64,000 bases of DNA from Octopus bimaculoides (Eukaryota), in NCBI RefSeq assembly GCF_001194135.2, contig NC_069003.1, positions 17,569,991 through 17,633,990 on the forward strand, written 5' to 3'. Each line of letters starts with the position of its first letter. The stretch's first letter is position 1. The notes under the pieces are model-generated. The model was not told the DNA's origin. It saw nothing but the letters and a program-made list of their open reading frames with translations, and searched no databases. Positions 36,480-48,539 of the stretch are shown here, piece by piece. A program made the translations under genes and the position numbers.

Positions 36480-37263
36480 NNNNNNNNNNNNNNNNNNNNN
36501 NNNNNNNNNNNNNNNNNNNNNNNNNNNNNNNNNNNNNNNNNNNNNNNNNNNNNNNNNNNNNNNNNNNNNNNNNNNNNNNNNNNNNNNNNNNNNNNNNNNN
36601 NNNNNNNNNNNNNNNNNNNNNNNNNNNNNNNNNNNNNNNNNNNNNNNNNNNNNNNNNNNNNNNNNNNNNNNNNNNNNNNNNNNNNNNNNNNNNNNNNNNN
36701 NNNNNNNNNNNNNNNNNNNNNNNNNNNNNNNNNNNNNNNNNNNNNNNNNNNNNNNNNNNNNNNNNNNNNNNNNNNNNNNNNNNNNNNNNNNNNNNNNNNN
36801 NNNNNNNNNNNNNNNNNNNNNNNNNNNNNNNNNNNNNNNNNNNNNNNNNNNNNNNNNNNNNNNNNNNNNNNNNNNNNNNNNNNNNNNNNNNNNNNNNNNN
36901 NNNNNNNNNNNNNNNNNNNNNNNNNNNNNNNNNNNNNNNNNNNNNNNNNNNNNNNNNNNNNNNNNNNNNNNNNNNNNNNNNNNNNNNNNNNNNNNNNNNN
37001 NNNNNNNNNNNNNNNNNNNNNNNNNNNNNNNNNNNNNNNNNNNNNNNNNNNNNNNNNNNNNNNNNNNNNNNNNNNNNNNNNNNNNNNNNNNNNNNNNNNN
37101 NNNNNNNNNNNNNNNNNNNNNNNNNNNNNNNNNNNNNNNNNNNNNNNNNNNNNNNNNNNNNNNNNNNNNNNNNNNNNNNNNNNNNNNNNNNNNNNNNNNN
37201 NNNNNNNNNNNNNNNNNNNNNNNNNNNNNNNNNNNNNNNNNNNNNNNNNNNNNNNNNNNNNNN

Positions 37264-37550
37264 CCGTAGGATTTTTGAGTGAGATCGTTGCCAGTGCCCC
37301 TGGACTGGCTTGTGCGGGTGGCACATAAAAGACACCATTTCGAGCGTGGCTGTTTTCGTGCGGGTGACACGTAAAAGCACCCACTACACTCTCTGAGTGG
37401 TTGGCGTTAAGAAGGGCATCCAGCTGTAGAAATTCTGCCAAATTAGATTGGAGCCTGGTGTTGCCATCCGGTTTCACCAGTCCTCAGTCAAATCGTCCAA
37501 CCCATGCTAGCATGGAAAGCGGACGTCAAACGATGATGATGATGATGATG
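37264..37550 (+). mobile_element. Young RTE 3' tail copy
   Basis: Nearly identical to the reverse complement of 63779-64000; ends in (GAT)n. Confidence 0.8.
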
Positions 37551-38150
37551 ATATATATATATATATATGAATGAGGAATTACACTGTTTATATTGTATTA
37601 AGTGTTTTGAGTCATGGTCTACTCAACATCAGATTTATAATATTCATCATAATCATCATTTAATGATCACTTTTCTATACTTGCATGGGTCAGACAGAGT
37701 TTATTGACACAGATTATCTATGGCCAGATGCCCTCCCTGTTGCTAACCCTTACCTGTTTCGAAGCAAGGTAATATTTTCCCGTGGGCAGACATGTTCTTG
37801 CAGAATATTGGAAATGAATGAAACTGTTTGGATGACAAAAATTATCATTTACAACTATCAAGTGATGTGAAGACAAGGATACACAAACATACACACACTC
37901 TCTCTCTCTCACACACACACTGTCTCTCTCTCACACACACTCTCTCTCTCACACACACTCACATATATATGAACATGTGCTTCTTTCATTTTCCATCTAA
38001 CAAATCCACACGAGACAGGAGCTATTGTAGAAGATACTTGCCCAAGGTATCATGCAGTGGGACTGAACCTGAAACCATGCAATTGGGAAATGAATATCTT
38101 TATCACATACATGCACAAAAGTAAGAGTTCCAACAGTTTTTCCAACTCAC

Positions 38151-38263
38151 CTCACAAGAAGGAAGTAAATTTCAGGTCTTGTGGAGATTTCCTTAAATAA
38201 CATGATGAATTCTTCCCGATTTAAACGTCCCCGCATTCGTTCACCACGGTTCATTTGTAATTC
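38151..38263 (-). CDS. PLCL: PLC-like exon C (113 nt: ELQMNRG...STRPEIYFLLV)
   Basis: tttttcag|GAA ... GTGAG|gtgagt. Contains the PLCL-type TRPEIYFLLV motif. Confidence 0.93.
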
Positions 38264-38619
38264 CTGAAAAATAGACATATCATCATCATCATCATCATCA
38301 TCATCACGACCACCACCATCACCATCACTATCATCACCGTTGCCAATGACAACACCTCATTTTTTAGTTTTATACTTTTTCTGAGTGTCAATCTAATACA
38401 ATTACTGTGTCCTTTTGGCTTTTGTTGTTTTTCCTGTTTTTGGTTTTATTTTTGATTTGCCTGTGTGTGTGTGTCCCCGTGTCCCCATGTCCCCGTTTCA
38501 GAAATAAAGCATCTAACACTGATCACTGAAGATAAAACTGACTGAAATGTATTGTAGATATAAAAATTATAGATACATTCGATATAGATATCTATATTAC
38601 AAATAAATATTCTATCCCT

Positions 38620-39080
38620 TATCCACACATCCACCCTTCAACCCTACCCAATCTTAATAGTTTTTGCCTCCCATCCCGCTGACATTCCCCCAGCATTTGC
38701 TTATGCAAAAGCCATGTACTCTTGCAAACCCCTACCCACCCACACTCCTCATTTCTCTGTCTCCACTCACTTCTATTCACCTCATACATTTGAGGGGCCA
38801 CATGGACATTTCACCACCAATATTTATCTCTTTGCAGCTCCCACTGATCATTCCCACACCCCTTTCTCTTCTAAATGTATGTACCCATGTAACTCCTCTA
38901 CAACAAGAAGCCGCCGTCTCACTCCACTTCTCTCATACTATAATCCTTGCCTTCTAGCATAAAGCCGACCCCACCTCCCTTCAAATAACCAATCGATGGT
39001 CTGTATCCAGTAATCCAACTTATTGCCAATTTGCAATAGATTTCCTCAATCAGAGTTGACCAGAGCTAAAAGATAACAAC
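38620..39080 (-). mobile_element. Decayed LINE AP-endonuclease fragment (tentative, RTE-like)
   Basis: GGVG and (V)xAPQ-like relics only. Confidence 0.35.
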
Positions 39081-39412
39081 AACAAACTAAACCTACACAC
39101 ACACACCAATCCTGTGCTGTTAATAAACAAACCAGAAAAATAACTGAATACTCAACAATGCTAATCTATGGACAGACACCAGCCATTTCCATTTGACCTC
39201 AAAGTAGAGTGTCACTGCAGGTCATTGAGGAATGTCCCCACTTCACACCTTCACAGGTACAAGAACAAAGAGAGGGAGGGAGGGGAAGAGATAGATCGAT
39301 AGAGACACACATACATATATAAATGCAAATACATAGAGAGATATATACACACATATATGCATAAATACACACAGAAATATATGTTTATATATATACTCTT
39401 TACTTGTTTATA

Positions 39413-39486
<74 letters not shown>

Positions 39487-39489
<3 letters not shown>

Positions 39490-40754
39490 GGGTTGGACAA
39501 AATAATGGAAACACCTGGCATCATAATTTTGAAATATCTATAAAACCGTCAAAAGCTTGTATATTTTTGTTTTTTGGTTTATTATTAGTGTTGCTTAATA
39601 TGTATTGCTAAAATTGCTGTTTATTTTCAGATATCATCAGAATAAGATAATTAAAATTCATTAAAATGACAGATCTATCGGACTTTCAAAGAGGTCAAAT
39701 TCTTGGTGCTCATATGGCAGGTGCTAGCGTAATGAAAACAGCCGAAATATTTGGTGTATCAAGAAGTACTGTCTTGAAAGTAATGACAGCCTTTGAGAAA
39801 GAGGGAAAAACCTCTTTGCCGAAACAAAACTCTGGAAGAAAACCAAAACTTTCAGATAGGGACTGTTGGACTGTTACGCGAATTGTTAGAAAGGATCACA
39901 AAAGTACAGCTCCCAAAATTATTGCAGATCTTAATGACCATCTCGAGAACGCAGTTTCCACAAAAACTATTCACCGGGAGCTGCACAAAGCTGGATTTCA
40001 CAGGAGGGTTGCAATCAGAAAACCACTACTTTCAAAAACAAACATTGCAAAGCGTTTAGAGTGGAGTAAAAACCTACAGAATTGGTCCCTAGAGCAGTGG
40101 ACAAATGTTATTTTCTCAAACGAGTCATCCTTTACCTTATTTCCGACCACCAGCCGAGTATACATGTGGAGACAGCCAAAAGAAGCAATTAAACCAGACT
40201 GCCTTCTTCCAACTGTTAAACATGGTGGAGGATCTGTGATGATCTGGAGGGGAGGGCTACATCTTGGAAATATGCAGGCCCAATGGCTTCCCTTCATGGC
40301 AGAAATAATAGTAAAGACTATTTAAGCATTTTATCTGACCAAATTCATCCTATTGTTGTGGAACTGTTTCCGGAGAGAAACGCAATCTTTCAGGATGATA
40401 ATGCACCAATTCACACAGCTAAAGTTGTTATTGAATGGCACGAGGAACATTCTAGTAAAGTTGAACATCTTATCTGGCCACCACAGTCCCCAGATCTCAA
40501 TATTATTGAACATTTATGGTGCATTTTAGAAAAACAAGTAAGGAGTCGATATCCTCCACCATCATCACTACAAGAACAGGAGACTGTTTTAGCTGAAGAA
40601 TGTACAAAAATTCCTTTGGAAACAATTCAAACTTTGTATGAATCCATACCTTGTAGAATTCCAGCTGTAATTACTGCCAAAGGCGGTCCTACCCCATATT
40701 AAAATATATTTGTTTGAAATTTTAAGGTGTTTCCATTATTTTGTCCAACCCCTG
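39487..40754 (+). mobile_element. Full-length Tc1 transposon, DD36E spacing, inactivated
   Basis: Perfect 30-bp TIRs CAGGGGTTGGACAAAATAATGGAAACACCT (39487-39516, 40725-40754). Transposase 39666-40702 has a frameshift near 40250 and the first D changed to N (FSNES). 36 residues lie between D(NAP) and (II)E. Confidence 0.93.
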
Positions 40755-40759
40755 CATAT

Positions 40760-41095
40760 CACAAAACCCTTCAGGTAGATGGCCCTGTTCGATCTGTAGA
40801 AAAGGTGTAGGTAGAAACTGCTGGGTGTAGATGCACTCAGTGTAAGCTTTGGACACATAAAAAGTGCAGCAATATCAGAGGAAGGTTAACAGGGAAAATG
40901 GCTTGTGTGTACAATAAACACCGAAAATGTACAGAAAACAGACTTCAGTGGGGTAAGCTAGAGGTAGTAGATAGTTTCCATTACCTAGGTGACCAAATTA
41001 GTAGTGGAGGTGGATGCTCTGAGAGAATAGCTGTGAGAATAAGAATAGGTTGGGCAAAGTTCAAAGAGCTCCTGCCTCTGCTGGCAATTTCTGTA
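40760..41095 (+). mobile_element. RTE fragment (PHD-like finger + YLG/RIRIGWAKF)
   Basis: Homologous to 26610-26950. Confidence 0.75.
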
Positions 41096-41439
41096 GACAG
41101 TTAGAGAGGGCACTTAGTCATTGATGAAATCCCAATGCAGGACTGAAACTAGTCCAGCTGATCCCTCTTTTCCTGTCCACAAAGGCATTGTCTACTTTTC
41201 CCTTGCTGGCATCTGTTGACTAAACTTTTTCTGAGATAGACTTTTACAACTAGTTGACCTTCATGTCACTAACCTTTAGCTACCTGACAGCATGCAAAAA
41301 TGCAGTATAGTTATTTTGCTAAAACCAGTAAATATTCTGCAGTTCAATAAAGCATTAAAAGAAAACAATACTGATATACCAGGGATTTATATAAACATTT
41401 AATTAACTATTCTTAATTAACTGTTAGTACCAGTCTGAT

Positions 41440-41765
41440 ACTATCAAGTGGCTGCAAAGAGTCTGAAATGAAACAATTGAAATGACAATGGGCATCAACA
41501 AGATCAGTGATGAAATAAAGATGCAGATCCTGGAACTAGATTGGATGCATCGACAAAGTGTGGTGGCAGTAAAGTGGCAGCCTGGGGCGGAAAGAGCAGC
41601 AGGGTGCCCTAAAACTACAGGATGAAGGACCATGGATAGGGAAAGGAGACAAGAAAAGTGGAGAAGCTGGAATGAGACCGACCAGAACAGTGGCAGAAAA
41701 TAGAACTGGTTGGAGAGATCATATTGCAGCCTTATATGCCTCATGGTACTGAGAACTAAGTAACT
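41440..41765 (+). mobile_element. RTE-type LINE 3' end fragment
   Basis: KWQP...G.PKTT..RT...AENR..WR..IAAL motif. Confidence 0.55.
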
Positions 41766-42949
41766 GAACAACATGATATTATGTAGACACCTGATGATAT
41801 TTAGATCAAACTGATTGAAACTCAGTGTCCTCATCATCATCATAAGAACTTAATATTGTAATATATATATATATATGTGCATATNNNNNNNNNNNNNNNN
41901 NNNNNNNNNNNNNNNNNNNNNNNNNNNNNNATATATATATATATACATATACACACACACACACACACACACATGAAATGTCTCCAAAACTGTTGTCCTG
42001 TGTATTACATTTAGATTTGATTTAATTAATTTTTCGACAGAAACTTTTCCCCATCCTCACATATCCATATCGGAGACGCCACCCACCTTCCCCCTATCTG
42101 TCACCAGCAGCTTCCTCTTCACCAACCAAACAGCTATTTGAAAAAGGAACCAAGTAGCCTGAATGGTCATGAGAATAACATTCCAGTGCACATACATGGC
42201 TAGACGACCAAACCTGAATCCCACGTAGTACCCTCATCCCCACCACACAGAATATCACCCACAAATAGGTAAGAAGGCCAAAGAAAGTGCTCCGAATGGC
42301 TATCTCACCAACACAGTTAACTACAAGAATGAAAACAAACACAAAAGCAACGATGACAAAAAAGCTGCCACAACTTCAGGAAATAGTAAAAAAGAACAGC
42401 TTACAACAGTGCCACCACCACCATAAATGGTAACAATACAAGCAAAGGATAACATTACTAATAATAAGGCATGAAACTGCATCCGGTTGTGGTGTCATGA
42501 TGCAGGAAGAACAAAGTTAACCTTAACCATAAGTACCTGCAGGTCACTGTTGGACAAAGTGTAGCACCTGTAAGCCATCCCAAGACCTAGAAATACCAGG
42601 ATGCTGTCTGGTGGGGTAAAGCCTGTCTCATGGGAGGAGGGGTCCCTTTAACCTTGGTCAGCAACCCTGCTAGAGAAGGTGTCTCAATAAAAATACCGAT
42701 GGTTGTGTCACCTCAACACCAAAATTCTCAGGAGTGAAAATTTCAAATACAAAAATATAAAACAATGGATTGAACGAGGCTAGCACTAAAAACAGTGTAC
42801 ATGGAGACTTCGCTAGCAACTCACCTAATGATGGTATCATGATAAAAATACTGGTGATTGTACAACCTTACAAATACTACCTCTAAATGAGCATTGTCAC
42901 AATTAAATAAGCACAACTGTGCTAACGGGACTGGAACTGTTAACAGGGA

Positions 42950-45900
42950 AGGTGTCATGCACAGCAGGCCAGGAAGTATCTGATTAAGCTCCAGCAGTCA
43001 TCAGGACCAAAATCACAGTCAGAATTGCAAAAGAAAAAGAGAGAAATGGGAAAAAGATGTAAACAAAATAGTAATAGAATGCTGGCTGTGAAGTGAGCCA
43101 ACTAAAAGAGGTTTCTTGAATTGAATGAAGAGAATATGGGATGAAAAAGGAGGAAGCATTCACCCAGTGACTGATAGACCAAGCCAGAATAACCCATAGG
43201 AACAACTGGATTGCAGGAGTAGAGATTGAAGGAATTCAGAGAAATATAAAAAAAGAGAAGAAGAGTGAAATAGCAGTAGCAGAAAGCGGTAATGAAGGGG
43301 TAAGAGATGAAGAACATGAAACAGATGGAAACCACAGAGTAGCAGAGAATACTGATAAAGTAACTAATGAAGACGATCTAGATGGATTAAGTGACAGTAA
43401 GTACTGCACAAGACTTAAATGACGAAGAGGAGGAGATTTCAGAAAAGTTGTAAGATAAAATGTCTGATGGAAACAATGAAGTACCATCAGATGTAAGATA
43501 TATGGATAGAAAAAAGTGAGGAGAGCCACAGGCAAAGTAAATAATGTTTTAAGCTTGATTAGAACGGAAATCATCAATGAAACAAATCAGAGAATCATAG
43601 CTGCTGCTAATGTCGTAGCTTACATAGTAGGCTACAAGTGAAAAACTGAAGATATAAATGCAAATGAAAAGAAAAAAACCAAACTGGAGGAAGAGAATAT
43701 GAATGAAGTCACGGAAAAAACTGGGGCAATTGAATAGGATAATGAGAGGAGAGCTCAGAAATAAGGCAGCAATCAGAAAACTGAATGAACAGTACAGATC
43801 AGAAGAAAGGGGAAACAAACAGTAGATGAAAAATTGACACAAAAGTTGACAACATCAAAAGCCAAATTGAAAAGATATGCTCAATGCAAAGCTTTCGAAC
43901 AGAATAGATTGTTCCAATCAAATAGAAGACGTCTTTTTGAGGAAATAGGAGGCCAACACCAGGAACTGATTCTAGATGTGGAAGAAGGTAAAGAATTTTG
44001 GGGAGGGCTGAGGAAGAGGCTGATGAGACATAAAGAAAGTATGGATTGGCTAACAAAGTATGGATTGGAAAGACAACTTGCAACTGTACCAAGACAAAAA
44101 GATGTCAGAATTAATCTATATACAGTGAGACAGAAGTTGAAAAAATAGCAAATTAGAAAGGACAAGGCCTGGATGGAATATAAGACTATTGGCTGAAGAA
44201 CTTTACACAGCGACAAGAAAGGATCACTGTGCAACAAGATGACTGCCTGCAGCAAGGTCACGTCCCTGCCTGGATGACATGTGGATGAATGCTGCTATGC
44301 CTCAAGGATCCCTTGAAGGGGAATTTGGCATCAAACTTTTGACCTGTTTACCACTTATGTGGAAGCTTATGACTGGTGTATTGGCAGAAGAGTTATACAA
44401 CCATCTGGTAAGATACAATCTATTACCAGAAGAACAGAAAGGATGCGATGCAAGAAACAAAGTAGGGTAACTTTGATAAAATGATAATTAGAAATTGTAG
44501 ATGCAGATTGACAGGACTAAATGTAGCATGGCTAGATTACAAGGAAGCATATGACATGGTACCACACTGTTGGATAAATAAAACAATGAGCATGTTTTTG
44601 GAATAGCAAAAAACATGAGGAAAATGCTTAATGAAGGTATGAAACATTGGAATACTGAATTGATCAGAAGAAAACAACAACTTGGAAAAGTAAACATCAG
44701 ACATGGAATATTCCAAGGTGATAACTTATCTCCATTACTATTCGTATTGGCCATGACACCGCTTACTATGATACTAAGGAAAGTTAAAATAGCTTACAAT
44801 TTGGGAAAAGGAAATGGTCAGATAAATCATCCCCTTTTCATCAATGATATAAAGGTTTATGCGAAAGATGAGAAACAGCTTGAAATTCTTGTACATACTA
44901 TCCGCATTTTCTAAAATGACGTAGGTATGGAATTTGGGATACAAAAGTATGCTATATTGAAAATGAAACGAGCAAGATTTGAAAGACGGCAGAGAATTGA
45001 AATGCCAAATGGACAAACAATGAGAGTGATTAAGAAAAGACAGTAGTATAAGTACTTGGGAATACTGGAAGCAAACAAAATAAAAAGTGAAGAAATGAAA
45101 CAAATGACCAGTAGGGAGTACACAAGGAGAGTGAGAAAATTATTGCAGTCAAAGCTGAATCCAAAAAATCTCATTGAAGCAATAAATTCAAGAGTAGTAC
45201 CCCTTAATCAGATATGGATTTGGAATTACAGACTGGACCAAAAACTATATAAAGAAAGTTGACAGAAAAACTAGAAAGTTGCTGACAATATATGGAGCCC
45301 ACCATCTGAAGGCTGATACCAACCAGCTGTACTTGAGGAGAGACTTGGGTGGAAGGGGATTAATAGCAGTAAAAAAATGTGTACAGATGGAAAGAAAAAG
45401 CCTAGTAGAGTATTTACAGAGCAGCACAGGAAATACACTAAAGACAGTAAATAAAAAACAGATGATCAAGCATGTAATAGGAGAAAAGGACAAGAATGAA
45501 ATAGAAAGACAGCATGTCAGACAGAGCGAAGAGAAACCACTGCAAGGCCAATTTTGGAGAGCCACTGAAGATGTATGTGGAAGAAAACCCTGAGTTTGGT
45601 TAAAAAAGGGGCAATTAAAAAAAAGAAAGAGAAATAGAGAGCTTAATTGTAGCAGCCTAAGATAAAGCGATAAAAACAAACAATTTGAGAAAAATATATA
45701 TGGAGAGAATGTGTCAGTAAAATGTAGAGCCTGTAGAACTTGGAATGAGACAGTGACACACATTGTGGAAGAATGCCCCAAGTTGGCAAAAGAAATATAA
45801 GAAATGGAGGCACGAATAGGTTGTATAAGTTTTACACTGGAAACTGCCAAAGATGGGGATTTGAAGCTGGAAACACATGATACAATCACCGAGTTGAAAA

Positions 45901-46870
45901 AGTACTGGAGTCAGAGAAATGTAAGATTTTGTGGGACTTTCCTATTCAAACAGACAAGAAGTTAGAAAATAATAGACTGGACACTTATGCATACCTTTCT
46001 TCCATTGGACACTAAAACTCTGCTTGCGAAGACCTGTTGAGGCAAGTGAAATCGAAATCGAACTAAATTCAATGACTGGCCCCCATGCCAACGAATCCTC
46101 CATTGGACACTAAACTCTGCTTGCGAAGACCTGTTGGGGCAAGCGAAAGCAAAAGCGAAAGCAAAAGCGTGATGGCACCACCGTTCGAGCATGATCGTTA
46201 CCAGCATCGCCTTCCTGGCACTTGTGCCGCAGCTTTGCATTTCTGGCACGTGAAAAGTCATTCGAGCAAGATCATTGCCAGTGCCGCTGGACTGGCGCCT
46301 GTGCAGGTGGCACATGAAATACACCATTTTGAGCATGGCCATTGCCAGTACTGCCTGACTGGCCTTCGTGCCAGTGGCACGTAAAAGCACCCACTACACT
46401 CTCGGAGTAGTTGGCGTTAGGAAGGGCATCCAGCTGTAGAAACTCTGCCAGATCAGATTGGAGCCTGGTATAGCCATCTGGTTCACCAGTCATCAGTCAA
46501 ATCGTCCAACCCATGCTAGCATAGAAAGTGGACATTAAATGATGATGATGATGATGACATAACAACTATATATAAGGAAAAGCGAAGTTGCTGACTGATC
46601 AGTCCATCATGCCTGTTCGATTCCAGGGTCATAAAAAAAGGGGACGAAAAACAAAAAAAAAATACAATCTCTTAAAATTTGAAATAGGAAGAATTTGGAG
46701 CATGAAAACAGCAAAGGTTGTGCCTATAATAATTGGTGCATTAAGAGCAGCAAGCAAAGATATAGACAAATGGCTGAAGGAGATTGGAGTAGAATACATG
46801 GTAGAGCTTCAACAGAAAGTTTGTCACTTAGGGACAGCAAAGATTATCAGGAGGGTTCTAAGCACTTGAA
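42950..46870 (+). mobile_element. R4/Dong-like RLE non-LTR retrotransposon, near full length, decayed
   Basis: RT (LPEEQKG, AWLDYKEAYDMVPH, GIFQGDNLSPLLF), CRAC..ETVTHIVEEC knuckle, KILWDFPIQTD..NRLD and VVPIIIGAL...LGTAKIIRRVL RLE motifs. Confidence 0.85.
45984..46555 (+). mobile_element. RTE 3' tail inserted in the R4 RLE domain
   Basis: Splits NRLD|ITTI. GACA is duplicated on both sides (45980-45983, 46556-46559). Confidence 0.75.
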
Positions 46871-47469
46871 AGACAGCTGAAAACTTGTGGATACATAAGG
46901 TTACAAGTAGTAATCTGCTACCTACATAAATTCTACCAGGAAAAAGACTGAACCTGAGCCGAACCAAAATAATAATATAATGTCCATGTTACATGCTGGT
47001 AAGGGTTTGACAGCCTGACAGGATGTGACAGGTCAAAGAATTGCAACATGCTCAACTGTTTGATTTGGCATGATATTTACAGCTGGTCGTCCTTTCTAAT
47101 GTCAACCACTTTTTCATTGCATCAACACTAGTGAGTGAGGTCACTATGCAGCCTGCAAGACTAAGATCCCCTTTGAATGGGGCTACATTAGAGACAGGAA
47201 TGGCTTTATGCTTTGAGATTACATAATATAAGAGAGGGTGGGAATGACCAAGGTGAAGTTGGGAAGAGAAATAAAAATAATGGTGATAATGTTGGCATTA
47301 GGAAGGGCATCCAGCAGTAAAAACCATGCCAAAATAAACAGTGAAACCTAATATAGTCTTCTGGCTTGCCAGCTCTTGTCAAACTGTCCAACTCATGCCA
47401 GCATGGAAAAATGGATGTTAAATGACAATGATGATGATGAGGTGTCAGTGAAGGGAAGTAAATATTTAA

Positions 47470-47689
47470 CCCTTTAACATTTGAACTGGCCATATCCAAC
47501 CCAAATATCCTACCTGTTTTATGCTCAAATTGGCTAGATCCAGCTTCTCACACCTAACCTACAACATCATTCTAAAAATAAATAGTCACATCACTGAAAT
47601 CTGAAAGCTATAAGATAATACATGATTAATTCAAAACAATATGAATAAATAAGCATTACATTTGACAAAATAATCCAAATGTTAAAGCA
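47470..47689. mobile_element. TTAA-flanked piggyBac-like MITE
   Basis: TTAA at both ends; reverse-orientation relative of 13646-14257. Confidence 0.6.
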
Positions 47690-47791
47690 TTAAAACCATC
47701 TTTTATCTTGGAAGATGAGATTAATAGTCAATTAATTAAATTCACAGGTAATTTATCGACAAAATTTATTTTTTTGTGTTTTTTTTTTTAC

Positions 47792-47921
47792 CTTGAGCTT
47801 TTGTTGAATTTTCTCTGTATGGATGTTGCAGTTTAACTTCTTCATCAGCTGGATGACAGCATTTTCTGTGATAACTCCACTTTTGTCCGAATCTGCTGAT
47901 TCAAACATTTCCTGCAGCCAT
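47792..47921 (-). CDS. PLCL: PLC-like exon B (130 nt, EF-hand: WLQEMFESADSDKSG...KIQQKLK)
   Basis: AC acceptor; donor AAG|gtaaaa. Contains the PLC EF-hand motif WLxxMFxxADxDxSG. Confidence 0.93.
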
Positions 47922-47940
47922 GTTTGAACAGTTAAGGAGA
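47922..47940 (-). promoter_or_regulatory. U12 branch point and AC acceptor (TCTCCTTAAC-TGTTCAA-AC)
   Basis: TCCTTAAC consensus 9 nt before the exon start, with no AG between it and the exon. Confidence 0.88.
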
Positions 47941-48169
47941 AATAAGCACAAAAAACTGGAGTGTCATTGAATGTGGCACACCCCTAAACACAAAAATATT
48001 CATATACATCAGTATCAGCAGAAATAAGGAATTCCAACACATACAGGGTCACTAATATTTAGAAGAAAAGAAGGAAGATTAGGGTAGTGTTGCTTAAATC
48101 AACCTAAATTTTTGTAAACAAGTACACCAGGAGGGTGGTCTGCAAAATTTAAATCTACTGTATTAATAA

Positions 48170-48385
48170 TAGTTTCAAATTTTGGCACAAGGCCAGCAAT
48201 TTCGGAGAAGGGAGTAAGTTGATTACACCAATCCCAGTGCCCAACTGGTATTTATTCTGTCTACTCTGAAAGGATGAAATGCAAAAGTCAACTATAGCAG
48301 AATTTGAACTCAGGACGTAAAAACAGATGAAATGCTGCTAAGCATTTTGCCCAGTGTGTTAATTATTTTGTCAGCTTGCCACCCT
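48170..48385 (-). mobile_element. SINE family C
   Basis: Matches 56194-56414. Confidence 0.65.
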
Positions 48386-48539
48386 ATCTTTTGTATTAAT
48401 GATGGGTTGAAACACAGACCTGGGAATAAAAGAATGACCCAGGTTCAAATCCTGCTAGAGGCATGATTTTTGAAAGCAATAGGAGGACATCTAATGCAAC
48501 ATTTGTGTGTCTGTGTTTGTCCCCATCACCATCGCTATC

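Noticed and set aside
38505-38560. Possible hammerhead (CTGATCA/CTGAAGA...GAAATGTA)
   Set aside because: Stem II cannot be formed convincingly and no PLE is adjacent.
42560-42720. Possible HDV-like ribozyme in the R4 5' region
   Set aside because: I could not assemble the nested double pseudoknot by eye; it needs a descriptor search.
45245-45889. 214-aa minus-strand ORF and other minus ORFs at 43-46 kb
   Set aside because: Antisense shadows of the R4/Dong-like coding strand.
47912-47917. CTGCAG as a conventional U2 acceptor for exon B
   Set aside because: Poor pyrimidine tract, would drop the conserved Trp-Leu, and does not match exon A's phase; the U12 signals explain the junction exactly.
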